From contig JBAYGI010000004.1 in the NCBI GenBank assembly GCA_041666745.1, positions 3,440 through 67,439 on the forward strand: a stretch of 64,000 nt of DNA. Reading direction: 5' to 3'. Each line of letters begins with the position of its first letter. Position 1 is the stretch's first letter. The DNA is from Candidatus Magasanikiibacteriota bacterium (GTDB lineage: Bacteria; Patescibacteriota; Patescibacteriia; Magasanikbacterales; GWA2-37-8). The notes beneath the pieces were generated by a model. The model made no database searches. It worked only from the letters and a program-made list of their open reading frames with translations, and was not told the DNA's origin. A program made the translations under genes and the position numbers. Of the stretch, positions 53,950 through 63,779 are shown piece by piece.

Positions 53950-55068
53950 TTACTTGGCTTTATTATAAATTTGAAGAGTTTTGGAGGTGGTAATCTTCCA
54001 AGAGTATTTTTGCAGGATTTTTTGTCCTTTAATGATTAAGTTTTTGCGAATTTCAGTATCTTTAATCACCGTGTTGGCGGTATCGGCGATTGCTTGGGGG
54101 TCTTTTGGGTCAAAATAGACAGCGGCATCTTCCAAAATTTCCGGCAAACAAGTGTGGTTGGAAGCGATGACTGGCAAATTGTATTGCATGGCCTCTAGGG
54201 GAGGCAAACCGAAGCCCTCATAAAGAGTCGGAAAGACATATAGAGAAGCGTTACGATAAAGCTCGGGCAATTCAGCATCGGGGACAAAATCAGTGAGAAC
54301 GACATCCTTGACATTTTTTTGTTGAATATATTTTTCCAGCTGATGATAAAAATAATTCTTTTTTCCGGTTAGTACCAGTTGGTAGTTGTGATCGTGTTGT
54401 TGATAAAAAATTTCCCAAGCATCTATCAGTTTGGTCAGGTTTTTGTGTGGATAAGCCACCCCCACATATAGCCAATACGGTTTGGTGATGTCATATTTTT
54501 TGTATAAGGAAAATGGAATTTCAGCCACGGTTTTTTCAAGAGGCGATAGATAAATAACGGCTATTTTTTCAGGATCAATTTTCATGGTTTGCACAATATC
54601 CTGTTTGGTAAATTCACTGACCGTAATGATTGTTTTAGCCTTTTTTACCGCGTGGTTAAGAGCAAATCTGAACATCTTATTTTTAAACCAATAAAGCACC
54701 GGCCCGAGAGTGCTGGCGCGTCTGGTAGGAAAATGCAACAACAATAAATCATGGATAGTAACGACAAATTTTTTGTTATATAAAATTGGCACATTCCAAT
54801 GTGGAAAATGCATTAAATCTATTTTTTCCTTTCGTATAATTTTTGGAAATCGTAATTGTTCTTCCCAACCATACCATCCGATATCCGCCAAAACTTTTTT
54901 AAATTTTGAATTTACCGGATTAAAATCACCCCAATTTTCTTTACGCAAAAAAATTACATAAGTATTATCCGTGTCAATTTTTTCCAAATGAATAATCAAT
55001 TGTTCAATGTATCGCCCCAACCCACCCTGTCTAGAACCAAACATGCGGGCATCAATTCCAATTTGCAT
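53950..55068 (-). CDS. glycosyltransferase family 4 (GT-B)
   Basis: E-x7-E motif FPTLYEGFGLPPLEAM. Start at MQIGIDARMF. Confidence 0.8.
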   Translation of the reverse strand: MQIGIDARMFGSRQGGLGRYIEQLIIHLEKIDTDNTYVIFLRKENWGDFNPVNSKFKKVLADIGWYGWEEQLRFPKIIRKEKIDLMHFPHWNVPILYNKKFVVTIHDLLLLHFPTRRASTLGPVLYWFKNKMFRFALNHAVKKAKTIITVSEFTKQDIVQTMKIDPEKIAVIYLSPLEKTVAEIPFSLYKKYDITKPYWLYVGVAYPHKNLTKLIDAWEIFYQQHDHNYQLVLTGKKNYFYHQLEKYIQQKNVKDVVLTDFVPDAELPELYRNASLYVFPTLYEGFGLPPLEAMQYNLPVIASNHTCLPEILEDAAVYFDPKDPQAIADTANTVIKDTEIRKNLIIKGQKILQKYSWKITTSKTLQIYNKAK

Positions 55069-55096
55069 AATATTATATTTATAATAAGAACATCTA

Positions 55097-55219
55097 GGTC
55101 GAGAGGATATTAATTTTCGCCGCGCGAATTGTTTGAAGTAGCGAGAACCAAAACCGCTGTCTGTCAAACTCCAAATTCGCTACAAGTCTGAGCGCAAGAA
55201 AATTGATATCCTCTCGACC
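55097..55219. repeat. 123-bp imperfect palindrome with 22-bp terminal inverted repeats (GGTCGAGAGGATATTAATTTTC / GAAAATTGATATCCTCTCGACC), followed by two 15-bp direct repeats CCGTAAAATAATTAA at 55218 and 55248
   Basis: Read directly from the sequence. Lies in the divergent intergenic region between the GT4 gene and the MgtE_N/CBS gene. Confidence 0.85.
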
Positions 55220-55363
55220 GTAAAATAATTAACCAATACTTTTTCAGCCGTAAAATAATTAAAATTAATTAACAGAATTCACTCTAAAATAGTATATCAG
55301 AGATGTCCGAAAATTGCCAAAAGTAGTTTTTTACTATATAATAAACCCGTCTAAATATTTCAT

Positions 55364-56578
55364 ATGCCATATTTGAGTCATTTATTAAACAGCAAAGTGA
55401 GTGACAGCGCCGACGTGGTGATTGGCCGTCTCGAGGATGTATTAATCAAGGAAAAAGCGGGCGATTATTCTCCATTGGAGTATGTAATAATCAAAAAACG
55501 CCATCAGAAAAAGAGAGTGATCATTCCTTATGATGCCATTGAAAATTTTAGTAGCGAAGAGGTTTCGTTGCGCACACTTTATTCCAAAATAAATTTTTTA
55601 GAAGATGAGCCGGAGGGATATATTCGTTTGAATCGCGATGTGATGGATCAACAGATTGTGGATGTGGCGGGCGCGCGAGTAGTGCGGGTCAACGATCTGC
55701 GTATTGGTGATTTTGAAGGCAAAATGTGTGTGCTTGGAATTGATATTAGTTTTGGTGGTTTGTTGCGTCGTTTGGGTGTGTTGAGGCTAGATTTCCTAGG
55801 TTTTTTTAAAGTAAATTTGATAGATTGGCGCAAGGTTCAACCGGTTAAAGGAGAATTAAAATTGGACAGTGTTTCCAGAGATTTGACCCGACTTCATCCG
55901 GCCGACATTGCCAACATTATCGAGGATTTGAGTGTAAAACAAGGCAGTAATTTGGTTTTGTCTCTTGATAAAAATATGGCCGCTAGAGTGTTTGAAGAAA
56001 TTGATCCTGAAATTCAAAAACTTTTGATTTCTCGGTTGAGCCCGGAACACGCGGCGCGTATTAGTGAACGTATGTCTATAGATGAGTTGGTAGATTTGAT
56101 TCATTCTCTCCCACACCATCAATCCAAACAACTGCTTGGCTATGTGGAGCAAGATCGCATGAAAAAAGTAAAGAAATTGTTGAACTATGAAGACGATACC
56201 GCCGGTGGTTTGATGGTTACTGATTACCTAGCTGGTTTGCCTGACGATACTGTCGCTGTAACAATTGAAAAAATTCGCAAACTTTCAGATAGTTTTCGTT
56301 CCGTCAATTATATTTATGTTATTGATGAAAAAAATAAGTATAAAGGAGTAATTTCTTTTAGAAAATTGTTGATTTCTGATCCAAAAGAAATTTTGAAAGA
56401 TGTGATGAAGAAAAATATTCATTTGCCCGTGCTGCATCCAAAAGAATCAATCAAAAGTGTAGCTCATCTGATGACCAAATATGATCTGAATTCGGTTGCG
56501 GTAGTTGATGGTGATAATAAATTTTTGGGAGTAGTGGCCGTGGACGATGTCATGCGAGCTTTAGTACCAAATGCTTAA
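55364..56578 (+). CDS. soluble PRC-barrel + MgtE_N + tandem CBS domain protein (cytoplasmic sensor module of MgtE, no TM domain)
   Basis: The MgtE_N region (DLTRLHPADIANIIEDLSVKQG...) and CBS pair (VMKKNIHLPVLHPKESIKSVAHLMTKYDLNSVAVVD...GVVAVDDVMRAL) are recognisable. No hydrophobic segments. Confidence 0.7.
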   Translation: MPYLSHLLNSKVSDSADVVIGRLEDVLIKEKAGDYSPLEYVIIKKRHQKKRVIIPYDAIENFSSEEVSLRTLYSKINFLEDEPEGYIRLNRDVMDQQIVDVAGARVVRVNDLRIGDFEGKMCVLGIDISFGGLLRRLGVLRLDFLGFFKVNLIDWRKVQPVKGELKLDSVSRDLTRLHPADIANIIEDLSVKQGSNLVLSLDKNMAARVFEEIDPEIQKLLISRLSPEHAARISERMSIDELVDLIHSLPHHQSKQLLGYVEQDRMKKVKKLLNYEDDTAGGLMVTDYLAGLPDDTVAVTIEKIRKLSDSFRSVNYIYVIDEKNKYKGVISFRKLLISDPKEILKDVMKKNIHLPVLHPKESIKSVAHLMTKYDLNSVAVVDGDNKFLGVVAVDDVMRALVPNA

Positions 56579-57848
56579 TATGGAAAAAACCAACAACAAA
56601 GGTTCAAGAATAAAAAGATTGTGGCCAAGAATTTTGTTAATTTCGAGCGTGATTGGCCCGGGGATTATTGCCGGTACGGCCGATAACGATGCTGGCGGTA
56701 TCGCGACTTATTCTGTGGCTGGCTCGCAATTTGGCTATCATCTGATTTGGGTGTTGTTTTTGGTAACTTTTGTTTTAGCCATTACCCAAGAAATGGGTGC
56801 TCGTTTGGGAATTGTTTCCGGCAAAGGACTGTCGGCTTTGATTCGTGAAAATTTTCCATTCAAAGCGACTTTTTTTATCATTTTATTGAGCTTTGTTGCC
56901 AACTGGGCCAATGTTTTGGCTGAATTTTCCGGTGTTTCAGCCGTGGCCAATATTTATGGTATACCAAATTGGTTGTTTGTTTTGAGCTCGGCCGGGTTGA
57001 TTAGTTGGCTGGTTATTTCAGGAAATTTTAAAAATATTCAAAGAATTTTTCTTACTTCTTCGGCACTGTATTTTGCCTATGTTTTTGCTGGTTTTATGAC
57101 TCATCCGGATTGGTCGGCGGCAATGAAATCTATTGTGGTGCCATCGTGGATTCCAACTCAAGATTTTTTATTTATGGCGATTGCTTTAATTGGTACCACA
57201 GTAACAATTTGGGGGCAGTTTTTTATTCAATCATATTTTGCGGAAAAAGGTGTCCGAACGCAAGACTTGAATTTGGCCAGAGCGGATGTTTATGTCGGGT
57301 CTTTTTGGACAAATTTTGTCGCTTTTTTTATTATAGTAGCTACTGCCGGTACATTGTATGTTAATGGAATTACTATCAGCGATGCGGCGGATGCAGCACG
57401 CGCTTTGGAGCCGTTTGCCGGTTCTTTGGCAAAGCATTTGTTTGCTTGGGGGTTGTACAACGCTTCGATGCTTGGGGCAGGTGTTGTAACAATTGCGACC
57501 GCTTATTCTATTACCGAGGCTTTTGGATGGGAGGGAAAAGTGAATGCCGGCTACAAAGAGTCGTCGGCTTTTTATAAGATATTTTTGTTTTGTATTTTTT
57601 CTACCGCTTTGATTGTGTTGATACCAAACTTTCCAATTGTGCCGGTATTGGTCGCGTCGCAAGCTCTAAATACTTTTGTTTTACCAGTTTTGTTTTTCTT
57701 TTTGTTGCGACTGTTAAACCGCAAAGATATTATGGGGAATCATTGCAATGGTTTGTTTTTAAATATTGTCGGTTGGGTTTCCATCGTGGCTTTGTCGGTA
57801 TTAAATTTTTCTTATTTTGTTTATTTGATTAAAAGTTTTTTCCACTAA
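56571..57848 (+). CDS. mntH: NRAMP-family divalent metal cation transporter (MntH-like)
   Basis: GPGIIAGTADNDAGGIATYSVAGSQFGYHLIWV matches the NRAMP DPGN/consensus region. About 11 TM helices. Overlaps the upstream stop by 8 nt (alternative ATG at 56580). Confidence 0.8.
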   Translation: MLNMEKTNNKGSRIKRLWPRILLISSVIGPGIIAGTADNDAGGIATYSVAGSQFGYHLIWVLFLVTFVLAITQEMGARLGIVSGKGLSALIRENFPFKATFFIILLSFVANWANVLAEFSGVSAVANIYGIPNWLFVLSSAGLISWLVISGNFKNIQRIFLTSSALYFAYVFAGFMTHPDWSAAMKSIVVPSWIPTQDFLFMAIALIGTTVTIWGQFFIQSYFAEKGVRTQDLNLARADVYVGSFWTNFVAFFIIVATAGTLYVNGITISDAADAARALEPFAGSLAKHLFAWGLYNASMLGAGVVTIATAYSITEAFGWEGKVNAGYKESSAFYKIFLFCIFSTALIVLIPNFPIVPVLVASQALNTFVLPVLFFFLLRLLNRKDIMGNHCNGLFLNIVGWVSIVALSVLNFSYFVYLIKSFFH

Positions 57849-58984
57849 CTGTTTATAATCGCCAGATGTTCTTTGGCACTATTTTCCCAAGTATATTTAG
57901 AGGCTAATTCCAAGCCTCTTTTTAAATATTCTTCGTAGAGTTTGCTATTTTTAAGCAGTGATTTTATAGCATTACTGATATTTGATACATTGTTTGGATT
58001 GATTAAATAAGTGGCGTTGTTGGTTATTTCCGGCATGGAAGACCGATTGCTGGTGATGACCGGCGTGCCCATTTTCATAGCTTCAATAACAGGAAATCCG
58101 AAGCCTTCATAAAAACTTGGAAAAACAAAAAGATTCGAAAGGGCAAACAGTGCCGGTTTGTCGGTATCGGCGATGTACCCCAAAAATTTGATATGATCAC
58201 GCAATTTTGATTTACCGGCGGTTTCATAAATTGATTTATTTTTCCAGCCTGAGCCACCGGCAATTATTAAATAAAATTTATCACTTAAATCTTTTGGTAA
58301 TTTTTCAAAAGCTTTGATTAAACCGATTAAATTTTTGCGCGGTTCGATTGATCCTAAAAATAAAATAAAATTTTCCGGCAAGTCGTATTTTTTTTGAACG
58401 ATAGTTTTTTGCAATTTCAATCTGGCATCGGTTAGGTCAAAATTTGGTGATATTCCCGGATAAATTACTTTGATTTTATTTTCGTTTATTTGGTAATATT
58501 CTATCAAATCCCGTTTGGTATTTTCAGATGGTACGACGATAGTATCGGCTCGCACACATTGTTTTTTTGGATTGATAATTTTGTGCCACAATTGTTGTTT
58601 GAGAGTATAAAATTCAGGAAATAATTCAAAAGAAATATCATGAATAGTCAGTATATGCTTGATGTTTTTATTTAATGATAAAAAATTGATATTTGGAGAA
58701 TACCAACAGTCGATTTTTTCAGGCAGAAGTTTGTTTATGTTTATGAGCTTGCAAGCTAGCGCAAGATTGAGAAGTTTGTTGGGAAAATTTGTGTGGATAT
58801 GGTGTGTATTTGGCTGTTGCCAAGCCAACAAATTCCGATCTGTTTTTTTTGAAGCATTGGAAAATAAATAATAGTTATTGGTTGTGTCTGTCTTTAAAAT
58901 AGCGTTTAATAATCCAAACGCATATTCGCCGATGCCGGTTTTATTTTTGGTCATGAGCGATCTGACATCTACACCAATGTTCAT
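57845..58984 (-). CDS. glycosyltransferase family 4
   Basis: FVFPSFYEGFGFPVIEAMKMGTPVITSN E-x7-E motif. Start at MNIGVDVRSL. Confidence 0.8.
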   Translation of the reverse strand: MNIGVDVRSLMTKNKTGIGEYAFGLLNAILKTDTTNNYYLFSNASKKTDRNLLAWQQPNTHHIHTNFPNKLLNLALACKLININKLLPEKIDCWYSPNINFLSLNKNIKHILTIHDISFELFPEFYTLKQQLWHKIINPKKQCVRADTIVVPSENTKRDLIEYYQINENKIKVIYPGISPNFDLTDARLKLQKTIVQKKYDLPENFILFLGSIEPRKNLIGLIKAFEKLPKDLSDKFYLIIAGGSGWKNKSIYETAGKSKLRDHIKFLGYIADTDKPALFALSNLFVFPSFYEGFGFPVIEAMKMGTPVITSNRSSMPEITNNATYLINPNNVSNISNAIKSLLKNSKLYEEYLKRGLELASKYTWENSAKEHLAIINS

Positions 58985-58991
58985 ATTGAGT

Positions 58992-60092
58992 TTATAAACT
59001 GTTTTGGAATTGCGCGAAATGGTCGTTGGTAAATGATTGGATATTATTTTTAAACTTATCACAAGAAAATTTTTGGGTATGCAGACGGATTTTTTCACTA
59101 TCCCAGTGATATGGATCAAAATTCAATATGCTGTTTAACAATGATTCCCAAGTTTGTTCGTAAAAAAACACACCAGTTTCGTTGGGTATGATAGTTTCGG
59201 TGGCACCGCCATAACCATAGGCGATAACCGGCCGGCCAGCAGACATCGCTTCGATAGGGGTGATCCCGAAGTCTTCTTTTTGGGGGTGGATAAAAGCCAG
59301 CGCGCGACTAAACAAAACCGCTTTTTCGTTTTCAGAAATTTTTCCGTAAAATTCAACATTTGGTTTGGCGATTCTTTTTAGATGTTTATATTCCGGTCCA
59401 ATCCCAAAAATTTTCAATGGTAATTGTAAGCGGTTAAAAACTTTGACAACCAAATCCAAGCGTTTGTATGGAACCAAACGACCACCGGCGACATAGTAGT
59501 CACCCAATGTACTGGCAATTTGAAAACGGTGAGTATCGACCGGTGGAAAAATAATTTCAGAATCGCGACGGTAATATTTTTTGATTCTCTTTTGAACGGT
59601 TTGAGAATTGGCAATAAAATGATCAACTCGTTGAGTGCTCATTTGATCCCACATACGCAAACGGTGGTTGAGCAGAGGTAAAATTAATTTTACGAAATAA
59701 TTGCTTTTCAAATCTGATAAATAATTATTGCCATCACCCCAAAGAAAACGTGGTGGGGTATGACAATAAGAAATATGCAGAGTATCCGGTGAAGTAATGA
59801 TACCTTTGGCAAAAATACTGGTCGAAGAAATAACTACATCAAAATTGCGCAGGTCGTGTTGCTCAGTAGCCATGGGCATGAAAGGCAGATACCATTGAAA
59901 AATATTATCGACAAATGGCATTTTGGCCAACCACGATTCTCGGATTTTTTCATTATCAAAATAATTTATTTTTTTTCGATCATGAAATAAAACAAAAATT
60001 GGCGCTGACGGCCAAATTTCGTGTAAGGCTTTTAATACTCTTTCTGCCCCTCCATCTTGAGAAAGATAATCATGTATCAGGGCAATGCGCAT
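58992..60092 (-). CDS. glycosyltransferase family 4
   Basis: MRIALIHDYLSQDGGAERV N-terminus and the PQKEDFGITPIEAMSAGRPVIA motif. Confidence 0.8.
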   Translation of the reverse strand: MRIALIHDYLSQDGGAERVLKALHEIWPSAPIFVLFHDRKKINYFDNEKIRESWLAKMPFVDNIFQWYLPFMPMATEQHDLRNFDVVISSTSIFAKGIITSPDTLHISYCHTPPRFLWGDGNNYLSDLKSNYFVKLILPLLNHRLRMWDQMSTQRVDHFIANSQTVQKRIKKYYRRDSEIIFPPVDTHRFQIASTLGDYYVAGGRLVPYKRLDLVVKVFNRLQLPLKIFGIGPEYKHLKRIAKPNVEFYGKISENEKAVLFSRALAFIHPQKEDFGITPIEAMSAGRPVIAYGYGGATETIIPNETGVFFYEQTWESLLNSILNFDPYHWDSEKIRLHTQKFSCDKFKNNIQSFTNDHFAQFQNSL

Positions 60093-60096
60093 AAGT

Positions 60097-61515
60097 TTAC
60101 CAAGCTCCTTTGTTTTTTAAGACGACAAAAGGGGTTTTGATTAAAATAATCAGGTCAATAAAAAAACTCCAATGTTCGATATAGAAAATATCCAAGCGGG
60201 CTTCTTCGTCAAAATTCAAATCACTGCGTCCGGAAATTTGCGCCAATCCGGTGATCCCGGGGCGAATAGCAAATAGGGTTTTGTGCCATTTTTCGTATTT
60301 GTTTACTTCACGCGGTTGGTGTGGGCGTGGACCAACCAAACTCATATCTCCCTTTAAAACATTGAAGAAATTTGGTAATTCATCCAAACTGAAACGACGA
60401 ATAAAACGGCCAAATGGTGTGATGCGTGGGTCGTTTTTAATTTTGTATACCGGGCCGTTTTTTTCACTTTTTTCTTTGATTAGTTGTTGTTCGAAAGAGA
60501 GGGCTCTGCTATTTTGTTTTTCAAATTGCGCGCCGGTGCAATATTTTTGGTACATTGATCTAAATTTGTAGGTGAAGAATTTTTTACCTTCTTGTCCGAC
60601 ACGTTCGTTTTTATAAATAATCGGGCGACCGGTTTCCAATAAAATAACAATCGTGACTAAAAGATAAAGTGGGGAAAATAAAATCATCAAAATAATACTG
60701 CCAATAATATCCAATATTCGTTTGGAGATCCTGCCCCAACCAGATAGACGGGTGCGGCGCAATTCAACAATTGGCACACCGGCGATAGTAGACATGGTCA
60801 TATTGGAGGAAATGGTTGCGAATAAATCGGCGGAATATTTGAAAGTGATATGGTTTTCATTGGCAAAATCAATAGCGCTCATCGTATCGCTCTCGTTGGC
60901 TTTGGGGTCGGTAAAAATTATTTCATCCAAGCGTTGTGTTTTTAGTTCGGCTAATTTTGTCGCGTCAAAATGTTTGAGACAGGCAACGATTTTGTAGCCC
61001 ATGTATGGTTTTTCTTCCAAAGTGTCTGTTATGGTTTCGGCAATATTTTGTGAGCCGATTATGACCGTGCGGCGTAAACCAATACCCAGACGGTAACAAA
61101 GTATTTTTAAAAGACGCATAAAAATGTGTGTCGCAAAAACGTATATCACTGACAATATCCAACCGGCTAAAACCAAAAAGCGCGAATCAAATTTTTGTAG
61201 AGTGAAAAAGACAAAAATAGTAATGGCGGCAAAGCCGGTGGCGCAAGCAAAAAAGACGCGGTTCAGTTCATTGGTGAGTTTGCGATTGGGATTGGAAGAA
61301 TACAGACCGGAAAAGGCAAAAATGACAATCCAGACGGCGGCGACTACAAAAACAGTTGGCCAATATTTTGGCCAAGAAAGATTAAAAATCACCGGACGGA
61401 TAGCGGTGACAAAGCCGGCAAAACGCAAAGAATAGGCGGTGAAACCGGCTAAAACCAATGCCAAGTAGTCGATTGGTACTTGTAGAAATGCGAAAGTGAG
61501 TTCAAAGCGTTTCAT
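60097..61515 (-). CDS. polyprenyl-phosphate sugar-phosphotransferase (WbaP/WcaJ-type priming glycosyltransferase)
   Basis: C-terminal bacterial sugar transferase domain KRILDIIGSIILMIL...KFRSM...DELPNFFNVLKGDMSLVGPRP. Start at MKRFELTF. Confidence 0.85.
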   Translation of the reverse strand: MKRFELTFAFLQVPIDYLALVLAGFTAYSLRFAGFVTAIRPVIFNLSWPKYWPTVFVVAAVWIVIFAFSGLYSSNPNRKLTNELNRVFFACATGFAAITIFVFFTLQKFDSRFLVLAGWILSVIYVFATHIFMRLLKILCYRLGIGLRRTVIIGSQNIAETITDTLEEKPYMGYKIVACLKHFDATKLAELKTQRLDEIIFTDPKANESDTMSAIDFANENHITFKYSADLFATISSNMTMSTIAGVPIVELRRTRLSGWGRISKRILDIIGSIILMILFSPLYLLVTIVILLETGRPIIYKNERVGQEGKKFFTYKFRSMYQKYCTGAQFEKQNSRALSFEQQLIKEKSEKNGPVYKIKNDPRITPFGRFIRRFSLDELPNFFNVLKGDMSLVGPRPHQPREVNKYEKWHKTLFAIRPGITGLAQISGRSDLNFDEEARLDIFYIEHWSFFIDLIILIKTPFVVLKNKGAW

Positions 61516-61604
61516 AATTACTATTATTTTACTCTTTTTTGGGTTTTGCGTCAATTGTCTTATCCGATTGACTTTTAGCCAAAATTTTAGTAAACTTACG
61601 AAGT

Positions 61605-61901
61605 ATGAAATTGACTTTTGAACGTGAAAAAATTGGCGATCCCGAGAGATTCATCCGCCGTTGTGGTTATGGCCAGCATAAAACCAGAAATGGCGAGGTG
61701 AGTTATGTAAAACGGGTGCACGGTGACTGGTATCCACGTTTTCATGTGTATATTTTGGATGAAAAAGATAAAATAATTTTTAATTTGCATTTGGATCAGC
61801 GTCAACCGGTTTACGAGGGTGTAACTGCTCACGCCGGTGAGTATGATGGCGAAGTAGTGGAACGTGAAGCAGAAAGAATTAAAAAAATAATCCAACCTTA
61901 G
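61605..61901 (+). CDS. hypothetical protein
   Basis: 98-aa ORF, no recognised motif. Confidence 0.35.
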   Translation: MKLTFEREKIGDPERFIRRCGYGQHKTRNGEVSYVKRVHGDWYPRFHVYILDEKDKIIFNLHLDQRQPVYEGVTAHAGEYDGEVVEREAERIKKIIQP

Positions 61902-61906
61902 ACAGT

Positions 61907-62569
61907 ATGAAAAAGATTTTAATATTTATCGGTCCTCCGGGAAGTGGAAAAGGAACTCAAGCAAAACTGTTGGCCAAAAAATATGGATACAAACATATTT
62001 CCACCGGTGATCTTTTTCGTGCTTTGGCTTCTGACAAAAATGTGACCGAAAAAGAAAAACAAGCATTGGAAGAAATGAAATCCGGTAAATTGGTTTCGGA
62101 TTGGTTAGTATATGATTTGGCTTTCAAAGAAATTAAGAAAAATTTGGAAACCGGTGTCGGTGTAGTATTGGACGGGGCTATTCGCAGTGTAGAACAAGCC
62201 GAAGAATTTCAAAAATTTTTTGAGAAATATGGTTGGGAAAATGAAGTGCAATCTGTCGAAGTGGCTATTTCAGATGAGGAGTCTTTTAATCGCTTAACTA
62301 AGCGTAGAATTTGTAGTAAATGTGATGAAATTATTCCATATTTACCAACCACCAAAGACCTAACCAGTTGCCCAAAATGTGGCGGTGAATTGGTTTCTCG
62401 CAAAGATGACAATGAACAAGTAATCAAAGCAAGAATTGAAAAACAAGGTAATAAAATTTTGCGTCCAATTTTGGATTATTATTCTAAAAAAAGAATGTTA
62501 AAAGTTGTCGATGGGATGAAAGGTATTGCTGAAGTTGAAACGGAAATTAAAAAATCCATTAATTTTTAA
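61907..62569 (+). CDS. adk: adenylate kinase (zinc-lid type)
   Basis: GPPGSGKGTQA P-loop and a lid with CSKCDE...CPKCGG. Confidence 0.95.
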   Translation: MKKILIFIGPPGSGKGTQAKLLAKKYGYKHISTGDLFRALASDKNVTEKEKQALEEMKSGKLVSDWLVYDLAFKEIKKNLETGVGVVLDGAIRSVEQAEEFQKFFEKYGWENEVQSVEVAISDEESFNRLTKRRICSKCDEIIPYLPTTKDLTSCPKCGGELVSRKDDNEQVIKARIEKQGNKILRPILDYYSKKRMLKVVDGMKGIAEVETEIKKSINF

Positions 62570-62588
62570 ATTCGATTGAATATTTTTT

Positions 62589-63395
62589 ATGTCACTTATA
62601 AAATCACAATCGGATATCAACCAAATAATCTCCGGTGGAAAAGCCATGGGAAAAATTTTAGAAAAATTAGAAAAAATGGTTAAGGTGGGAATGACCACTT
62701 GGGAAGTAGATCAATTGGCGGAAAAATTGATCAAAGATGTTGGTGGTCGTCCAGCTTTCAAAGGATATTTTACTCGACCGGGCGATACTCCGTTTCCAAC
62801 CACGATTTGTGCCTCGGTAAATGAGGAACTGGTGCATGGAATCGCAAAAAAAGAAACAGTTTTAAATGACGGGGATATTTTTAGTATAGATATAGGCATG
62901 GAATGGCCTTATAAAAAGGGTGGTAAAGGTTTTTTTACCGATACGGCTTTGACTGTGCCGGTGGGGAAAATTTCTAAAGAAGTGATGGAATTATTGCGTG
63001 TTACCAAAGAATCTTTGGAAGTGGGTATCAAGGCGGCTCAACCCGGATATAGTGTGGCTGGTATTGGAAAAGCAATTGAACATTATGTAAAATCTCAAGG
63101 TCCATACGGGATTATTCGTGATTTGGTTGGGCATGGAGTAGGACACGCGGTACATGAAGATCCAAGAGTGCCGAATTATTATGATCCAAAGTTGGAAAAA
63201 ATAAAACTTCGACCCGGTATGGTGATTGCCATAGAGCCGATGATTTCAATGGGCGATTGGCGAGTTACCGACGGACAAGATGGTTGGACGATTGTGATGG
63301 AAGATGGGTCGTTGTGCGCGCATTTTGAGCATACGGTTGTTATTACAGAGAGTGGAAATATTGTGGCGACTAGACGGCCATCTGAAAAATTTTAG
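62589..63395 (+). CDS. map: methionine aminopeptidase type I
   Basis: Metal ligands in DIFSIDIG, HGVGHAVHE and the ...EHTVVIT context. Confidence 0.92.
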   Translation: MSLIKSQSDINQIISGGKAMGKILEKLEKMVKVGMTTWEVDQLAEKLIKDVGGRPAFKGYFTRPGDTPFPTTICASVNEELVHGIAKKETVLNDGDIFSIDIGMEWPYKKGGKGFFTDTALTVPVGKISKEVMELLRVTKESLEVGIKAAQPGYSVAGIGKAIEHYVKSQGPYGIIRDLVGHGVGHAVHEDPRVPNYYDPKLEKIKLRPGMVIAIEPMISMGDWRVTDGQDGWTIVMEDGSLCAHFEHTVVITESGNIVATRRPSEKF

Positions 63396-63396
63396 T

Positions 63397-63777
63397 ATGA
63401 ATATTTTAGCAGTAGATTTTGGAACAAAAAATATTGGGTTGGCTTGGTGTGATACCGGTATTGGTGTAGTTTTTCCTTTCGGCGTGATTAAAAGTGAAGA
63501 TAAAAATAAAGCCAAAAAAGATTTGCTTGATTTTGTAAAAAAAGAACATGTGGATCAGCTGGTTGTGGGGTTGCCGTTATCATTGGATGGCAAAGAAAAT
63601 AAAAATACCGAGCGTATTCGTGATTTTTTTTCCAGTTTGGATTTGAAAATAAAATTAGATTTTTTTGATGAACGATTTACTTCTAGACAAGCCGATCGAT
63701 CCGAGGGCGGGGCCAGTCGTGATGAAAAATCCGCGATGGTAATATTGGAGAGTTATTTACAAAAAAATAAAAAATAA
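63397..63777 (+). CDS. ruvX: Holliday junction resolvase-like protein RuvX/YqgF
   Basis: MNILAVDFGTKNIGLAWCD N-terminus, 126 aa. The raw ORF starts 31 codons upstream inside map. Confidence 0.85.
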   Translation: MNILAVDFGTKNIGLAWCDTGIGVVFPFGVIKSEDKNKAKKDLLDFVKKEHVDQLVVGLPLSLDGKENKNTERIRDFFSSLDLKIKLDFFDERFTSRQADRSEGGASRDEKSAMVILESYLQKNKK

Positions 63778-63779
63778 CA

